Assembly (NCBI GenBank): GCA_963768855.1
Contig: CAVYJM010000006.1
Span: 864,001-928,000 of the forward strand
Length of the DNA: 64,000 nucleotides
From: an uncultured Thermoplasmata archaeon
Lineage (GTDB): Archaea; Thermoplasmatota; Thermoplasmata; RBG-16-68-12
Direction: 5' to 3'
The notes below the pieces were generated by a model, which saw nothing but the letters and a program-made list of their open reading frames with translations, searched no databases and was not told where the DNA came from. A program made the position numbers and the translations under genes. How positions within the stretch are numbered: position 1 is the first letter of the stretch; the number at the start of each line of letters is the position of its first letter. Below are positions 38,242 through 47,956 of the stretch, in pieces.

Positions 38242-39078
38242 ATGGCGAACCAGGCAGAGAAGGCCGAGGAATTCCGCAGGCTCCACCGGGGAAAGAAGCT
38301 GCTCATCCTTCCGAACGCATGGGACGTCCCGAGCGCCCGCGTGTTTGAGGAAGCGGGCTTCCCGGCCGTCGCGACCTCGAGCGCCGGGATGATGGTCTCG
38401 CTCGGCTACCCAGACGGGGAGGCCATCGACCGGAAGGAGTTCGCGTCGGCCATCAAGCGGATTGCCGGCGCCCTTTCCGTGCCGCTCAGCGCCGACGTCG
38501 TCTCCGGGTTCGGACCGACGCCTCGAGAGGTCGTCGCCACCGTGAAGGACGTGCTCCGGGCGGGCGCCATCGGGATCAACATCGAGGATTTCGACCACCG
38601 AACGGATCAGCTCGTTCCTGTCGAAACGCAGGTCGAGAAGCTCAAGGCTCTCCAGGCTCTGAGGGACTCGCAGGACGTCCATTTCGTGATCAACGCGCGC
38701 ACGGACGCGCTCCGGCAAGCGCCGGGAGACACGGCGGCGCGCCTGGAGGAAGCGATCCGCCGGGGAATCGCGTACCGGGATGTCGGAGTCGACTGCGTCT
38801 ATCCGATGGGCCTGACCGACGCGCCGTCCATCGCGACCTACGTGAGGGCATTGGACTTCCCGGTCAACGTGATGGTCCGGAGCGGACTGCCCCCCGTGCC
38901 GGAACTCGAGCGACTCGGGGTCGCGAGGCTCAGCCTCGGACCGACTCCCTCCTATGCGGCCCTGGGGCTGCTCCAGCGCGCATCTCGAGAGCTGCTTCAC
39001 CAGGGAACGTACGCGAGCTTGCTCGATGGGGCGATCACGTTCGAGGAGTTGAACCGGCTTGCGTCCCCGAGACGCTGA
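38242..39078 (+). CDS. Isocitrate lyase/PEP mutase family protein
   Basis: LPNAWDVPSA, ATSSAG, GINIED, INARTD. Confidence 0.9.
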   Translation: MANQAEKAEEFRRLHRGKKLLILPNAWDVPSARVFEEAGFPAVATSSAGMMVSLGYPDGEAIDRKEFASAIKRIAGALSVPLSADVVSGFGPTPREVVATVKDVLRAGAIGINIEDFDHRTDQLVPVETQVEKLKALQALRDSQDVHFVINARTDALRQAPGDTAARLEEAIRRGIAYRDVGVDCVYPMGLTDAPSIATYVRALDFPVNVMVRSGLPPVPELERLGVARLSLGPTPSYAALGLLQRASRELLHQGTYASLLDGAITFEELNRLASPRR

Positions 39079-39144
39079 CGATCTGCGGGAACCGTGCGTG
39101 CGTCGGGAGCGGGGAAACGCCCGAGGCCTCGGGGTCCCGCTGAC

Positions 39145-40131
39145 TCACGCGGCCGCGGGGAATTCGACCGGCTTGGCTTGGTCCGGATGCCGCATGGGGA
39201 ACTCCTTGATGTGGGCACCGTAGTAGGGAACGCGGTTCGCGACGACCCGGCGGAACGCGTCCCGCAGGCCGTCCAGGTCCAGACCGCGCGTCGGGATCAG
39301 GTCGTCGTTGCGGTTCAGGCAGCCCTTGAGCTCCCCCTTGTGCGTCACCCGGATGCGGTGGCAGTTCATGCAGAATTCCGCGTTGTACACGGGGTCGACC
39401 ACCTCGACCTCCGCGCCGTTGAAGAGGTAGATGTGACGGTGGTGCATCTCCCGCACGAGGACTTCGTCCGCGCGGGCCTCGAGCCACTTCTTCACGCCGT
39501 CGATGTCGACCATCCAGTCGTTGTGGTCCACGAGCTCGGGCATGAACTGGATGAGCTGGAGCTTGAGCCCCTCGCCGTGACCGATGTAGTCGATCATCGC
39601 GGGGATGTAGGGCAGGGTCTGGCGGAAGACGACCATGTTGAGCTTCACGGGCTTCAGGCCGACGCGGAGGGCCTCCTGGATTCCCAGCAGGACGGGGTGG
39701 AGGTCTCCTTTGCGGATCTCCTTGAATGCCTGTGGATCGAGCGAGTCCACCGAGACGTTCACCCGCTTGAGACCCGCGTCGCGCAACGCCTCCGCGCGCT
39801 TCGCCAGCATCGAGCCGTTCGTCGTCATTGAGACGTCGTCGATCTGCCGCACGGTGCGATCGACGATTTCCTCCATATCCAGGCGGACAAGCGGCTCACC
39901 GCCGGTGAACTTCACGGACCGGATGTCGGACTCGCGGGCCACGCGGACGATGCGCTCGACCTCGTCAGGGGTCATCTCCTCGTCGTGGGGGACGCGAGGC
40001 CGCAGGACCGGTCCGAGGCCCTCGTCATGGCAGTAGATGCAGCCGAAGTTGCAGCGCTTCGTGACGCTGATGCGTATGTCCGTGACCTCGCGTCCGAAAG
40101 CGTCGACGAGCATGTCGGTCGGAAGAGGCAT
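39145..40131 (-). CDS. moaA: GTP 3',8-cyclase
   Basis: RISVTKRCNFGCIYC, FTGGEPL, TTNG, FCMNCHRIRVTHKGELKGCL. Confidence 0.95.
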   Translation of the reverse strand: MPLPTDMLVDAFGREVTDIRISVTKRCNFGCIYCHDEGLGPVLRPRVPHDEEMTPDEVERIVRVARESDIRSVKFTGGEPLVRLDMEEIVDRTVRQIDDVSMTTNGSMLAKRAEALRDAGLKRVNVSVDSLDPQAFKEIRKGDLHPVLLGIQEALRVGLKPVKLNMVVFRQTLPYIPAMIDYIGHGEGLKLQLIQFMPELVDHNDWMVDIDGVKKWLEARADEVLVREMHHRHIYLFNGAEVEVVDPVYNAEFCMNCHRIRVTHKGELKGCLNRNDDLIPTRGLDLDGLRDAFRRVVANRVPYYGAHIKEFPMRHPDQAKPVEFPAAA

Positions 40132-40345
40132 TGTCCCGCCTTATAGTTGCGCGACCCTCGGAGCAGGCGTCTGGCGTCGTCATAGCTGCGCTGGCAGAAT
40201 TGGCTCGAGTCCTTCCCCCTGTCACGGTACACCACCCTTCGGCTGTCGTCGCACGGGTTCACAGGCAGGGACCCTGACCCCTCGCTTTGTGCTCCGGGTC
40301 GGACACGAATGTGGTAACCGTCGACCCTCGCGTCGGGCGAAGCAC

Positions 40346-40741
40346 TCAAGCTGTGAGCGGAGCTTCGACCCGGCGCTTCAGGTCATGCCGCGCGGCCCAC
40401 TCCGTGAGGCTCCGGAAGACGGGGGCGAGGGCGAGCGCCTTCTCCGTCGCGGCGTAGTCGACCCGGGGCGGGATCTCGTTGTACGCCGTACGGGTCACGA
40501 GTCCCGCATCGACAAGGTCGCGCAGGCGTTCGGAGAGTGTATTGGGGGAAATGCGGAGGCGCTCTTGGATGTCTACGAAGCGGTGGGGCGTCGGATCGGC
40601 GTGGAAGATGTGCAGGATGTCCAGCATATGCGCCTTTCCGAGGATCTGGAAAATCTCGGTGACTTGACATCCGCCCTGCCCGCCACTCGACGTCGTGCGG
40701 CGCTTGCGCGGCCGTCCCCCGTGCGGATGCTCGCTGGCCAC
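40346..40741 (-). CDS. HxlR/DUF24 winged-helix regulator
   Basis: GCQV, RF.DIQ, ISPNTLSERLRDL, PPRVDY. Confidence 0.9.
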   Translation of the reverse strand: MASEHPHGGRPRKRRTTSSGGQGGCQVTEIFQILGKAHMLDILHIFHADPTPHRFVDIQERLRISPNTLSERLRDLVDAGLVTRTAYNEIPPRVDYAATEKALALAPVFRSLTEWAARHDLKRRVEAPLTA

Positions 40742-40746
40742 GCGCC

Positions 40747-40822
40747 TACTACGGAATCCGTAGTATAAATGCTTGCCACTCCGGAGTCCAGGAGTCGCTT
40801 CAATACTACGGAGTGGGAAGTA
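40747..40822. promoter_or_regulatory. Two TACTACGGA-N-TCCGTAGTA type boxes in the hxlR-like/yceI divergent promoter
   Basis: Perfect at 40747-40765; perfect left arm plus 6/9 right arm at 40804-40822. Confidence 0.7.
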
Positions 40823-40850
40823 TATCACTATCGAATGAATAGCGAGGCGC

Positions 40851-41438
40851 ATGGTGACTCAAACCTTCACCCCGAACGAACGCACTCCAGCCGAGACACC
40901 CACGACCACGGTGTGGCAGATCGACCCCGCCCATTCCTCCGCGGAGTTCGCGGTCCGCCACATGATGGTCTCCACCGTGAAGGGCTCCTTCAAAGTCCTC
41001 TCCGGCACTCTGACCGTTGACGAGTCGAACCCGGAGAACTCGAAGGTCGATGCGGAGATCGAGGCCTCGTCGATCGACACTGGCGTGCCGGACCGTGACG
41101 CCCACCTGCGCTCTCCGGACTTCTTCGATGTCGCTGCCCATCCGAGGCTCACGTTCCACAGCCAAGCGGTCCGAGCTCAGGGCAACGACAGCGGAACGCT
41201 CCACGGAGACCTCACGATCCATGGAGTGACGAGGCCCATCGCGTTCGACGTGAGCTACATCGGCGAGATCCGCGACCCGTGGGGCAAGCGCCGCCGCGGC
41301 TACTCCGCGGAGACGAGCTTGAACCGCAAGGACTTCGGGATGACCTGGAACCAAGTGCTCGACGCGGGCGGCGTCTTGGTCGGCGACAAGGTCAAGGTGA
41401 CCCTGAACATCGAGGCGGTCGAGAAGGCGAAGGCCTGA
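40851..41438 (+). CDS. yceI: YceI family lipid/polyisoprenoid-binding protein
   Basis: WQIDPAHSS, VRHMMVS, RDAHLRSPDFFD, DPWG, LNRKDFG. Confidence 0.93.
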   Translation: MVTQTFTPNERTPAETPTTTVWQIDPAHSSAEFAVRHMMVSTVKGSFKVLSGTLTVDESNPENSKVDAEIEASSIDTGVPDRDAHLRSPDFFDVAAHPRLTFHSQAVRAQGNDSGTLHGDLTIHGVTRPIAFDVSYIGEIRDPWGKRRRGYSAETSLNRKDFGMTWNQVLDAGGVLVGDKVKVTLNIEAVEKAKA

Positions 41439-41475
41439 CCCGAACCGCCTCTCCTCTCTTTCTTCCGAACCCGTC

Positions 41476-42444
41476 TCAGAACGGCCTGGTGGCCAGGGCG
41501 ACCCGGATCTTCTTGGGCCCTTGGCGTTCGTAGCCGATCTCCACGGTGTCCCCGATCCGCTTCCCGCGCAGCGCCTCCACGAGGTCCGAGACGTCGGCCA
41601 AGGGGCGACCGTCGAGCGAAGTGAGAACGTCCCCGACCTGGAGTCCCGCGGCCCCCGCGGGTCCGCCCTCGGACAGTTCCACGAGGAAGACGCCCTGGGA
41701 GACGGGCAGCTGGTAGTAGTGGGCGATCCGCCGGTCGACGTCGTAGCCCACGACACCCAGCCAGGCCCTCTGCGCCTTCCCTTGGGCGATGATCTGCGCC
41801 GCAACATCCCGGGCCACGTTGATGGGCACCGCGAAGCCAATGCCCTCCGCGTAGGGGATCGTCGCCGCGTTGAGGGCAATGACCCGCCCCCGCAGGTCGA
41901 CGAGCGGGCCTCCGCTGTTCCCCGGGTTCACGGCGGCATCCGTCTGGATGACCTGGAGGCCGTCCCCCTCCCCGAGCTGGATGCTCCGGTGGAGGGAGCT
42001 CACGACCCCGGAGGTCACGGTCGGTCCGCCGGGCAGCCCGAGGGGGTTGCCGATCGCGAGGACGGGCTGGCCCACCTTGAGCCGGTCCGAGTCGCCGAAC
42101 TCCGCGGGCGTGAGGTGGTCTCCGTCCACCTTGACGACCGCGACATCCGTGTCCTCATCCGCACCGAGTACCCTCCCGCCGAGGACCCGACCGTCCCCGA
42201 GTCCGACGAGGATCCGCTCCGCCCCGTCGACCGTGTGGGCGTTCGTCAGGATGCGTCCCTCCGTGTCCATCACGACCCCGGAACCGATGCCCCGCCGCGG
42301 GTACGGCCGGAAGGGCGGGTTGTGAAAGGCACCCGCGACGCTGATGCTCACCGTGCTGGCCCCTGCGCGCTCCACGGCCTGCGTGTAGGCCGTCTCGAGG
42401 TCCGCGATCATGGTCTCGGGCTGGACAAGGCGGGCCCGGGTCAT
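41476..42444 (-). CDS. htrA: HtrA/DegP-like serine protease with a PDZ domain
   Basis: LTNAH, DTDVAVV, QTDAAVNPGNSGGPL, PDZ tail. Confidence 0.93.
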   Translation of the reverse strand: MTRARLVQPETMIADLETAYTQAVERAGASTVSISVAGAFHNPPFRPYPRRGIGSGVVMDTEGRILTNAHTVDGAERILVGLGDGRVLGGRVLGADEDTDVAVVKVDGDHLTPAEFGDSDRLKVGQPVLAIGNPLGLPGGPTVTSGVVSSLHRSIQLGEGDGLQVIQTDAAVNPGNSGGPLVDLRGRVIALNAATIPYAEGIGFAVPINVARDVAAQIIAQGKAQRAWLGVVGYDVDRRIAHYYQLPVSQGVFLVELSEGGPAGAAGLQVGDVLTSLDGRPLADVSDLVEALRGKRIGDTVEIGYERQGPKKIRVALATRPF

Positions 42445-42469
42445 GTTGACTAGACGCGGGGCGCCCCGG

Positions 42470-44467
42470 TCACGCGACGGCAATCGGGCAGTAGTACGCG
42501 CAGGATGGCGCAGCCGCGTACACCACGGAGGCGATCTCCGAGAGGTCTGCGGGGGAGCTCGCGAGGACCTCCGTCTCGGACACCGTGTACAGGACCTCCC
42601 CGATGTACAGGGACCGCCGGATCTGTTGCGCGGAGTTGTACCAGCCGTACGTCGCGTTCACCGTGCCATTCCCGTGCGCGATTCGCCCGACGTACTCGAA
42701 CCCGGTCGTCTCGTTGACGCGGTACACGTAGGCGCCCTGCCAGACGACGTTGCCCCAGGCGTACGGGGGGACGCCGTCCGGATACTGGGTCGGGTCGACG
42801 ATCGCGAGGTCGACCGGGAGGACGATGTACTGCCAGCCGGGCACGTAGAGGAAGGCGTGGGGGTCGCTCAGGACCTCGGACTGCGTGCCGCGGTCCCCGA
42901 TCGTCACGTTGGCCGTTTCGCTCGGGGCCGTCGCGTTCGTGACGTCGTACAGCCCGAGCTTGAGACCCTGGTACCACGAGAAGTTCCCCTGATCCGCAGG
43001 GAGAGCGTCCTTCCCGACTCCCACCAGGTGGCCCGCGTCGAGCGGGTAGAGGTATTCGGAGAAGCCGGGCATCTCCAGGAAGCCGCTGACCTTCGGGGTG
43101 GCCGGATCGGACAGGTCGATCACGAAGAGCGGGTCGATCTTGCGGAACGTGACCACGTACGCGCGGTCCTCGAGGAACCGCACCGCGAAGATGCTCTCGC
43201 CCGGCGCCAGCCCGGTCACCGAGCCCAACAGGTTCAGGGATGGGTCGAAGGCGTAGACGTTGTTCGTCACGGACGTCCCGTTCACGGTGAACGAGCGGTC
43301 GGTCGTCGCGACGCGCAATCCGCCGTGCCACTCGTCCATGGAGTACTGGCTGAGGAGGGAACCCGCGACGTTCGCCGAGGCCACGGCCTCGATGTCCAGC
43401 CCGTCCGCGGTCAGCTTGTAGATCGTGGTCCAGGTCGCGCCCGCCTGGAACGGCAGGATCATGGGCGCGAGGGCCACGGAGGGCACGGCCCACTTGTAGA
43501 ACGCGAGGTACAGCGCCGTCGGCGACATGTAGAGGACCGAGGACCCGCCCGTCACGACCGACATGGGCTTCGCTTCGCCCGTGCCGAGGTCGATGGCGAG
43601 GAGGTTCGTGTAGTCCCAGGCGTCCTGGGACTGGGGATCGCGGTAGATCTCCCCCGGCGCGAGATCGCGGCACGGTCCGTCCGCGCACACCTGCGGCGGA
43701 AGGTACGTCCCGTTGACCTGGGGGATCCACTCGTCCGCGACCAGGTAGACGGTGGACCCGACCATCCTGCCGGTCGAGGCCGATCCGCCGATCGCGATCG
43801 TGTGCTCCAGGACGGGCGAGCTCGGGTCAGAAACGTCGAAGAGGAAAGCGAACGTCTGTTGTGGGGAGACGAGCGGGGCCATCGGCAGGGGGGTCGGGGC
43901 CGCGAGCATGGGCCCGGGCGCCCCGCCCCCCACTGCACCCCCCCACGAGTAGGCGTAGGAATCGGCGACGACGAGGAGCTTCGCCCCGTCCAGGAAGAGT
44001 CCGACGGAGGAGGTCGCGTTACTTCCCGTCAGCGGGAAGGTCAGGTTCCCGAGAGCGACTCGACTGACGACATGCATGTCCGCCGCGGGGTGCGCGAGCA
44101 GGATGACGAGTTCGCTTTGGGACGCCAGGTACAGGTACGTCCCGTCCGTTTTGACCATGTCGAGTTCATCGACACCCGCCACCTGGACGTTCGTCCCCGA
44201 GTACGAAGGCCCGGAGGAGCCCGGCGGAACGCCCGCCGTGGGGGAGCCATTCGGCGACGCGGCGGGTCCTGAGATGAGGCCGGAGCCCCACCCGCTCGTC
44301 TCCTGGGCGGAGTGGGCGCCGCTCACGAAGCTCGTGAGCTCGGAGTAGCTCGCGAACGGGAGGAGCCCGGAGGCGGGCGGCGCGGCCGCGATGAGCAACG
44401 CCGCGGACGCGGATACGGTCAGGGTGACCAGCACGAGGAGCACGCCAATCTGTTTCCGGGCCCACAT
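42470..44467 (-). CDS. Secreted beta-propeller domain protein (Beta_propel-type)
   Basis: YSGTNVQVAGVDELDMVKTDG, SQYSMDEW..LRVAT, GESIFAVRF, VTFRKIDPLFVIDL, PGFSEYL. Confidence 0.88.
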   Translation of the reverse strand: MWARKQIGVLLVLVTLTVSASAALLIAAAPPASGLLPFASYSELTSFVSGAHSAQETSGWGSGLISGPAASPNGSPTAGVPPGSSGPSYSGTNVQVAGVDELDMVKTDGTYLYLASQSELVILLAHPAADMHVVSRVALGNLTFPLTGSNATSSVGLFLDGAKLLVVADSYAYSWGGAVGGGAPGPMLAAPTPLPMAPLVSPQQTFAFLFDVSDPSSPVLEHTIAIGGSASTGRMVGSTVYLVADEWIPQVNGTYLPPQVCADGPCRDLAPGEIYRDPQSQDAWDYTNLLAIDLGTGEAKPMSVVTGGSSVLYMSPTALYLAFYKWAVPSVALAPMILPFQAGATWTTIYKLTADGLDIEAVASANVAGSLLSQYSMDEWHGGLRVATTDRSFTVNGTSVTNNVYAFDPSLNLLGSVTGLAPGESIFAVRFLEDRAYVVTFRKIDPLFVIDLSDPATPKVSGFLEMPGFSEYLYPLDAGHLVGVGKDALPADQGNFSWYQGLKLGLYDVTNATAPSETANVTIGDRGTQSEVLSDPHAFLYVPGWQYIVLPVDLAIVDPTQYPDGVPPYAWGNVVWQGAYVYRVNETTGFEYVGRIAHGNGTVNATYGWYNSAQQIRRSLYIGEVLYTVSETEVLASSPADLSEIASVVYAAAPSCAYYCPIAVA

Positions 44468-44556
44468 CAGGGTCCGAGAGGTCCGGGGGGATACTTCAAA
44501 CGCCGTTGTTTGTGAGGTGTCCACCTAACGTTGCATGCGTGCAACCCAATCCAAGG

Positions 44557-45444
44557 TCAGGCGGCGTGCGCCTCATCGAGGTTCGGGTCATGCCGCGCGG
44601 GCTCGACATGGACCACGAGCTCCGACACGCTCGGCACGGCCTGCTGCACGGCCCGCTCCACGCCGTGGGCGAGCCCGTGCGCCGACTCGAGCGTCGACCC
44701 CCGGGTGACGTGGACCACCAGATCGATCAGGATGGTCCGGCCGGACATGCGTCCGCGGAGGCTGTGGACCTCGGAGACTCCCGGGACATGGGTCACGGCG
44801 TCCCGGACCTGCTCCAGGACTTCCGCGGGTGGCGCCGCGTCCACGAGGACTTCCAGGTTCCGACGTCCCATCCGAAACGCGGTGGCCAGGAACACGATCG
44901 CGATCGCGACCGCGCCCACGAGGTCCATCACAGGATAGCCCAGATAGGCCATGCCAACTCCGAAGAGGACGCCGACTTTGCCGATTGCGTCCGTCCCGAA
45001 ATGGTAGGCGTCCGCCTGGAGCGCGGAGCTGCCGAGCACGTCCCCGCGGCGCGAGATGTACCGGTACAGCCCGATGTCCAAGGCCATCGTGCCGAGGACC
45101 GCGGCGAGCGCGATCGCGCTGATGTGGATCGTGAAGCCGGTGAAGAGCCTCCGCACCGCTTCCTCGATGACCGTGACGCCGATGATTGCGATCAGCACCA
45201 TCTGGATGAGGGCTGCCGCGTTCTCGTACCGGGAGTACCCGTAACCGTGGCGCGAATCTGCATGCCGCAGAGCCATCACGATCCCGGAGACCGCGACGAG
45301 CGATCCAGCAAGGTCCACGCCGGAGTGGAACGCATCAGCGAGGATGGCAAGGCTGCCGGTGTACCACGCGATCGTGAGCTCGACCACGGTGAGCCCCGCG
45401 TTCGAGCCGATGGAAAGGCCCGCCACGCGCAGCTTCGGGTGCAC
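44557..45444 (-). CDS. Cation diffusion facilitator family transporter
   Basis: LADAFHSGVD, HGYGYSRYE, ADAYHFGTD, VVHVEP. Confidence 0.93.
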   Translation of the reverse strand: MHPKLRVAGLSIGSNAGLTVVELTIAWYTGSLAILADAFHSGVDLAGSLVAVSGIVMALRHADSRHGYGYSRYENAAALIQMVLIAIIGVTVIEEAVRRLFTGFTIHISAIALAAVLGTMALDIGLYRYISRRGDVLGSSALQADAYHFGTDAIGKVGVLFGVGMAYLGYPVMDLVGAVAIAIVFLATAFRMGRRNLEVLVDAAPPAEVLEQVRDAVTHVPGVSEVHSLRGRMSGRTILIDLVVHVTRGSTLESAHGLAHGVERAVQQAVPSVSELVVHVEPARHDPNLDEAHAA

Positions 45445-45554
45445 GCCGCGGCGAGTTAGGAGGGCCTATTTCCCCGTTTGGTCCATATCTCACGACACCG
45501 GTGGGGTCGGTGGTAGGGCGATGGGTTAAGAGGGGGAGGGACATGCAGCGGGCC

Positions 45555-46010
45555 ATGAGCCAGGTCATCCTCCGAACGACCATGGGCGACATCCGCGTTG
45601 AGCTCTTCGAAGACTCGATGCCGATTACGGCGGGCAATTTCCGGAAGCTCGTCGAGAAGGGGTTCTTCAATGGGGTCATCTTCCACCGCGTGATTCCAGG
45701 ATTCATGATTCAAGGAGGAGACCCCACGGGCACGGGGATGGGCGGCCCCGGGTACACGATCAAGGACGAGTTCACGGGGAGCAACCGGAACGCCCGCGGG
45801 ACCCTGTCCATGGCGAACGCAGGACCCAATACGGGCGGGAGCCAGTTCTTCATCAACGTGGTCGACAACAACAGCCTCGATCGGAAGCATCCCGTCTTCG
45901 GTAAGGTCACCTTAGGCATGGAGGTCGTGGACGCGATCAGCAAGGTCCCGCGGAATCGCCAGGACCGCCCGACGACCAACGTGGTCATCAAGACCGCGAC
46001 CCTCGCCTAG
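45555..46010 (+). CDS. Cyclophilin-type peptidyl-prolyl isomerase
   Basis: FHRVIPGFMIQGGDPTG, SMANAGPNTGGSQFF. Confidence 0.96.
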   Translation: MSQVILRTTMGDIRVELFEDSMPITAGNFRKLVEKGFFNGVIFHRVIPGFMIQGGDPTGTGMGGPGYTIKDEFTGSNRNARGTLSMANAGPNTGGSQFFINVVDNNSLDRKHPVFGKVTLGMEVVDAISKVPRNRQDRPTTNVVIKTATLA

Positions 46011-46064
46011 GCTCCCGACCGGTCCCACGGGCTACGGCGCCCCCGCAAGGCGCGGCCCGGACCG

Positions 46065-46142
46065 TTAGGCATGCCTAAACTCGAACAATACGTACCATGC
46101 CACCCGCCCGTTGATATTCCTCCTGGCTTTAGGTCGACCTAA
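46065..46142. promoter_or_regulatory. Two perfect TTAGG-N4-CCTAA palindromes (DtxR/MntR-like boxes)
   Basis: TTAGGCATGCCTAA at 46065-46078; TTAGGTCGACCTAA at 46129-46142. Confidence 0.75.
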
Positions 46143-46153
46143 GAGGCATCGGT

Positions 46154-46786
46154 ATGGCAGCGAACGAGAATGGAACAACGTCCCGGGCAGGCGTGCTTGA
46201 GCGGCGGATGAAGGGCCCGCGGCCGGCGAGGTCCGGCACGATTGTGATGATTGGGGCCGTGGTGCTGGTGGTCGGTCTTCTCGTCGGCGGGATCCTGGGG
46301 CACGTAGCGGCCCCGCCCGTCGTGACGAGCTCGGGGACGGATCACCTGTATCTTTCCGTCGCCTACGACCCCTACACCGGGCTCGACAAGTACTTCCCCG
46401 CGAACTTCACGGTACCCGCGAACGTGCCCGTCCTGATCACGATCACGAACTATGACAACGGGACAAACGTCGTTCCGGCCACCTTCTCGCAGGTCCTCGG
46501 GACCGTCGGCGGCACGGAGACGGTCACGAACGCGACGGCGAGCGGCGTGGCACTGACCTCGGTCCCCGCGGACCAGATCGCCCACACGTTCACGATGGAC
46601 GCCGCTTCCGTCAGCATTAACGTCCCGATCCCCGCGGCCCAGGACACGACGCCGACCGTGGTGACCTTCACGGTCGTCTTCACGACCACCGGACAGTTCA
46701 TCTGGCACTGCATGGCCCCGTGCGACATGGACGCAATGAAGACCCCCGGGTTCATGATGGGGACCGTCACAGTCGTGAGCGCCTAG
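46154..46786 (+). CDS. Membrane-anchored cupredoxin with a CuA-like C-x3-C motif
   Basis: N-terminal TM; PANFTVP; AHTF; WHCMAPCDMDAMKTPGFMMG. Confidence 0.75.
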   Translation: MAANENGTTSRAGVLERRMKGPRPARSGTIVMIGAVVLVVGLLVGGILGHVAAPPVVTSSGTDHLYLSVAYDPYTGLDKYFPANFTVPANVPVLITITNYDNGTNVVPATFSQVLGTVGGTETVTNATASGVALTSVPADQIAHTFTMDAASVSINVPIPAAQDTTPTVVTFTVVFTTTGQFIWHCMAPCDMDAMKTPGFMMGTVTVVSA

Positions 46787-46818
46787 AGGTGCGGGATTCG
46801 AGACGCAGTGATACTCAC

Positions 46819-46873
46819 GGGAGCGGGGCGACCGATGCCTCGAGGATGACCCCCGCTCCCCTCTCTTCTTTTT
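46819..46873 (+). terminator. GC stem followed by a pyrimidine/T tract, candidate terminator
   Basis: GGGAGCGGGG/CCCCGCTCCC then CTCTCTTCTTTTT. Confidence 0.5.
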
Positions 46874-46923
46874 GCAGGACCACTCAGACGGGAGTCCTTA
46901 TCCCCGTCGGCAGATGACGGTCC

Positions 46924-47739
46924 GTGGCGCGGATCCGCTACGACCTTCCGGGAGACCTGCGTCCCTCCTCGCTCGCGGAGCGGCGGACGTTCTACGCCCG
47001 CCTCATGGACTACGATGCCGCGGAGCGCTGGTTCTCCGGCTTCCCGGGCGAACACGTCTTCGCGCTGATCCTCGGCCGGCACTCGGGAATCTATCCGCGC
47101 CGGTTCCGGTCGCTGAAGAACATCTCCCTGCTCGTCGAGGACGCCCGAACCGTGCGGGACCTTCGGCCGTACCTCCTGAAGTACCTCCCGGAGGGCGTTT
47201 ACTATGACCGCAACGCCTACGCGTCCGTGCGCGAGGCCCAGGCTGCTCGACTAGATTACGCCCATTCGTGGCGGAGCCGGCTCTTCCTCGGGCAGGAGCT
47301 CGCCTTCGACCTGGATCCTGAGAACCTCTACTGCCCGATCCACGGGGACATCGTCGCGAAGATGCGCCGCCACCAGGGCCTCTCCTTCTGCGACTGGGAG
47401 TTCGAGGAGACGCGGCGCCAGGCCGGGGAGCTCCACGACCTGCTGGCCCGGGAATGGTCACGCCTGTCGGTCGTCTACTCCGGGCGCGGGTTCCACATCC
47501 ACGTCTTCGACGCGGACGCCTACTGCCTGACCAAGACGGAACGCACGCGGATCGCCCGGCGCTACGGCCAACGCTTCGCCCTCGACGAGTGGGTCACCTC
47601 GGGGGAGATGCGGCTCATCCGCCTGCCGCATTCCCTGCACGGCATGGTCTCGAGGGTCGTCGTTCCCGTACCGCGCAAGGCGCTGCCGGACTTCCGTTAC
47701 GACGATCCCCGCACGACCCCGAGGTTTGCGCGGCGCTGA
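46924..47739 (+). CDS. Compact archaeo-eukaryotic primase (PriS-like) protein
   Basis: GQELAFDLD, YSGRGFHIH, LDEWVT, RLIRLPHSLH, CPIH...C. Confidence 0.8.
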   Translation: MARIRYDLPGDLRPSSLAERRTFYARLMDYDAAERWFSGFPGEHVFALILGRHSGIYPRRFRSLKNISLLVEDARTVRDLRPYLLKYLPEGVYYDRNAYASVREAQAARLDYAHSWRSRLFLGQELAFDLDPENLYCPIHGDIVAKMRRHQGLSFCDWEFEETRRQAGELHDLLAREWSRLSVVYSGRGFHIHVFDADAYCLTKTERTRIARRYGQRFALDEWVTSGEMRLIRLPHSLHGMVSRVVVPVPRKALPDFRYDDPRTTPRFARR

Positions 47740-47829
47740 TCACTTCTTCGCGCGCTTTTCCTTGCGCCCGGAGTAGTACGCCTTCTTCTTGGCGGCCTTC
47801 TTGCCGCCCTTCTTGGCCTTCTTCGGCAT
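47740..47829 (-). CDS. 29-aa lysine-rich peptide
   Basis: MPKKAKKGGKKAAKKKAYYSGRKEKRAKK; all 13 Lys codons are AAG; TTGAA-like box ~25 nt upstream. Confidence 0.65.
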   Translation of the reverse strand: MPKKAKKGGKKAAKKKAYYSGRKEKRAKK

Positions 47830-47956
47830 CGCGGCGAGATAGGCCGGACGGGGGTTCAACCCTTCGGCGGAGGGCGGGAGGGCGTCCTCCGAGGAGATCC
47901 GGTCGGCAAAAGGAGATGGGGTGGGCGCCGACCTCGGCGCGGGTCGGTCGGTCCAC

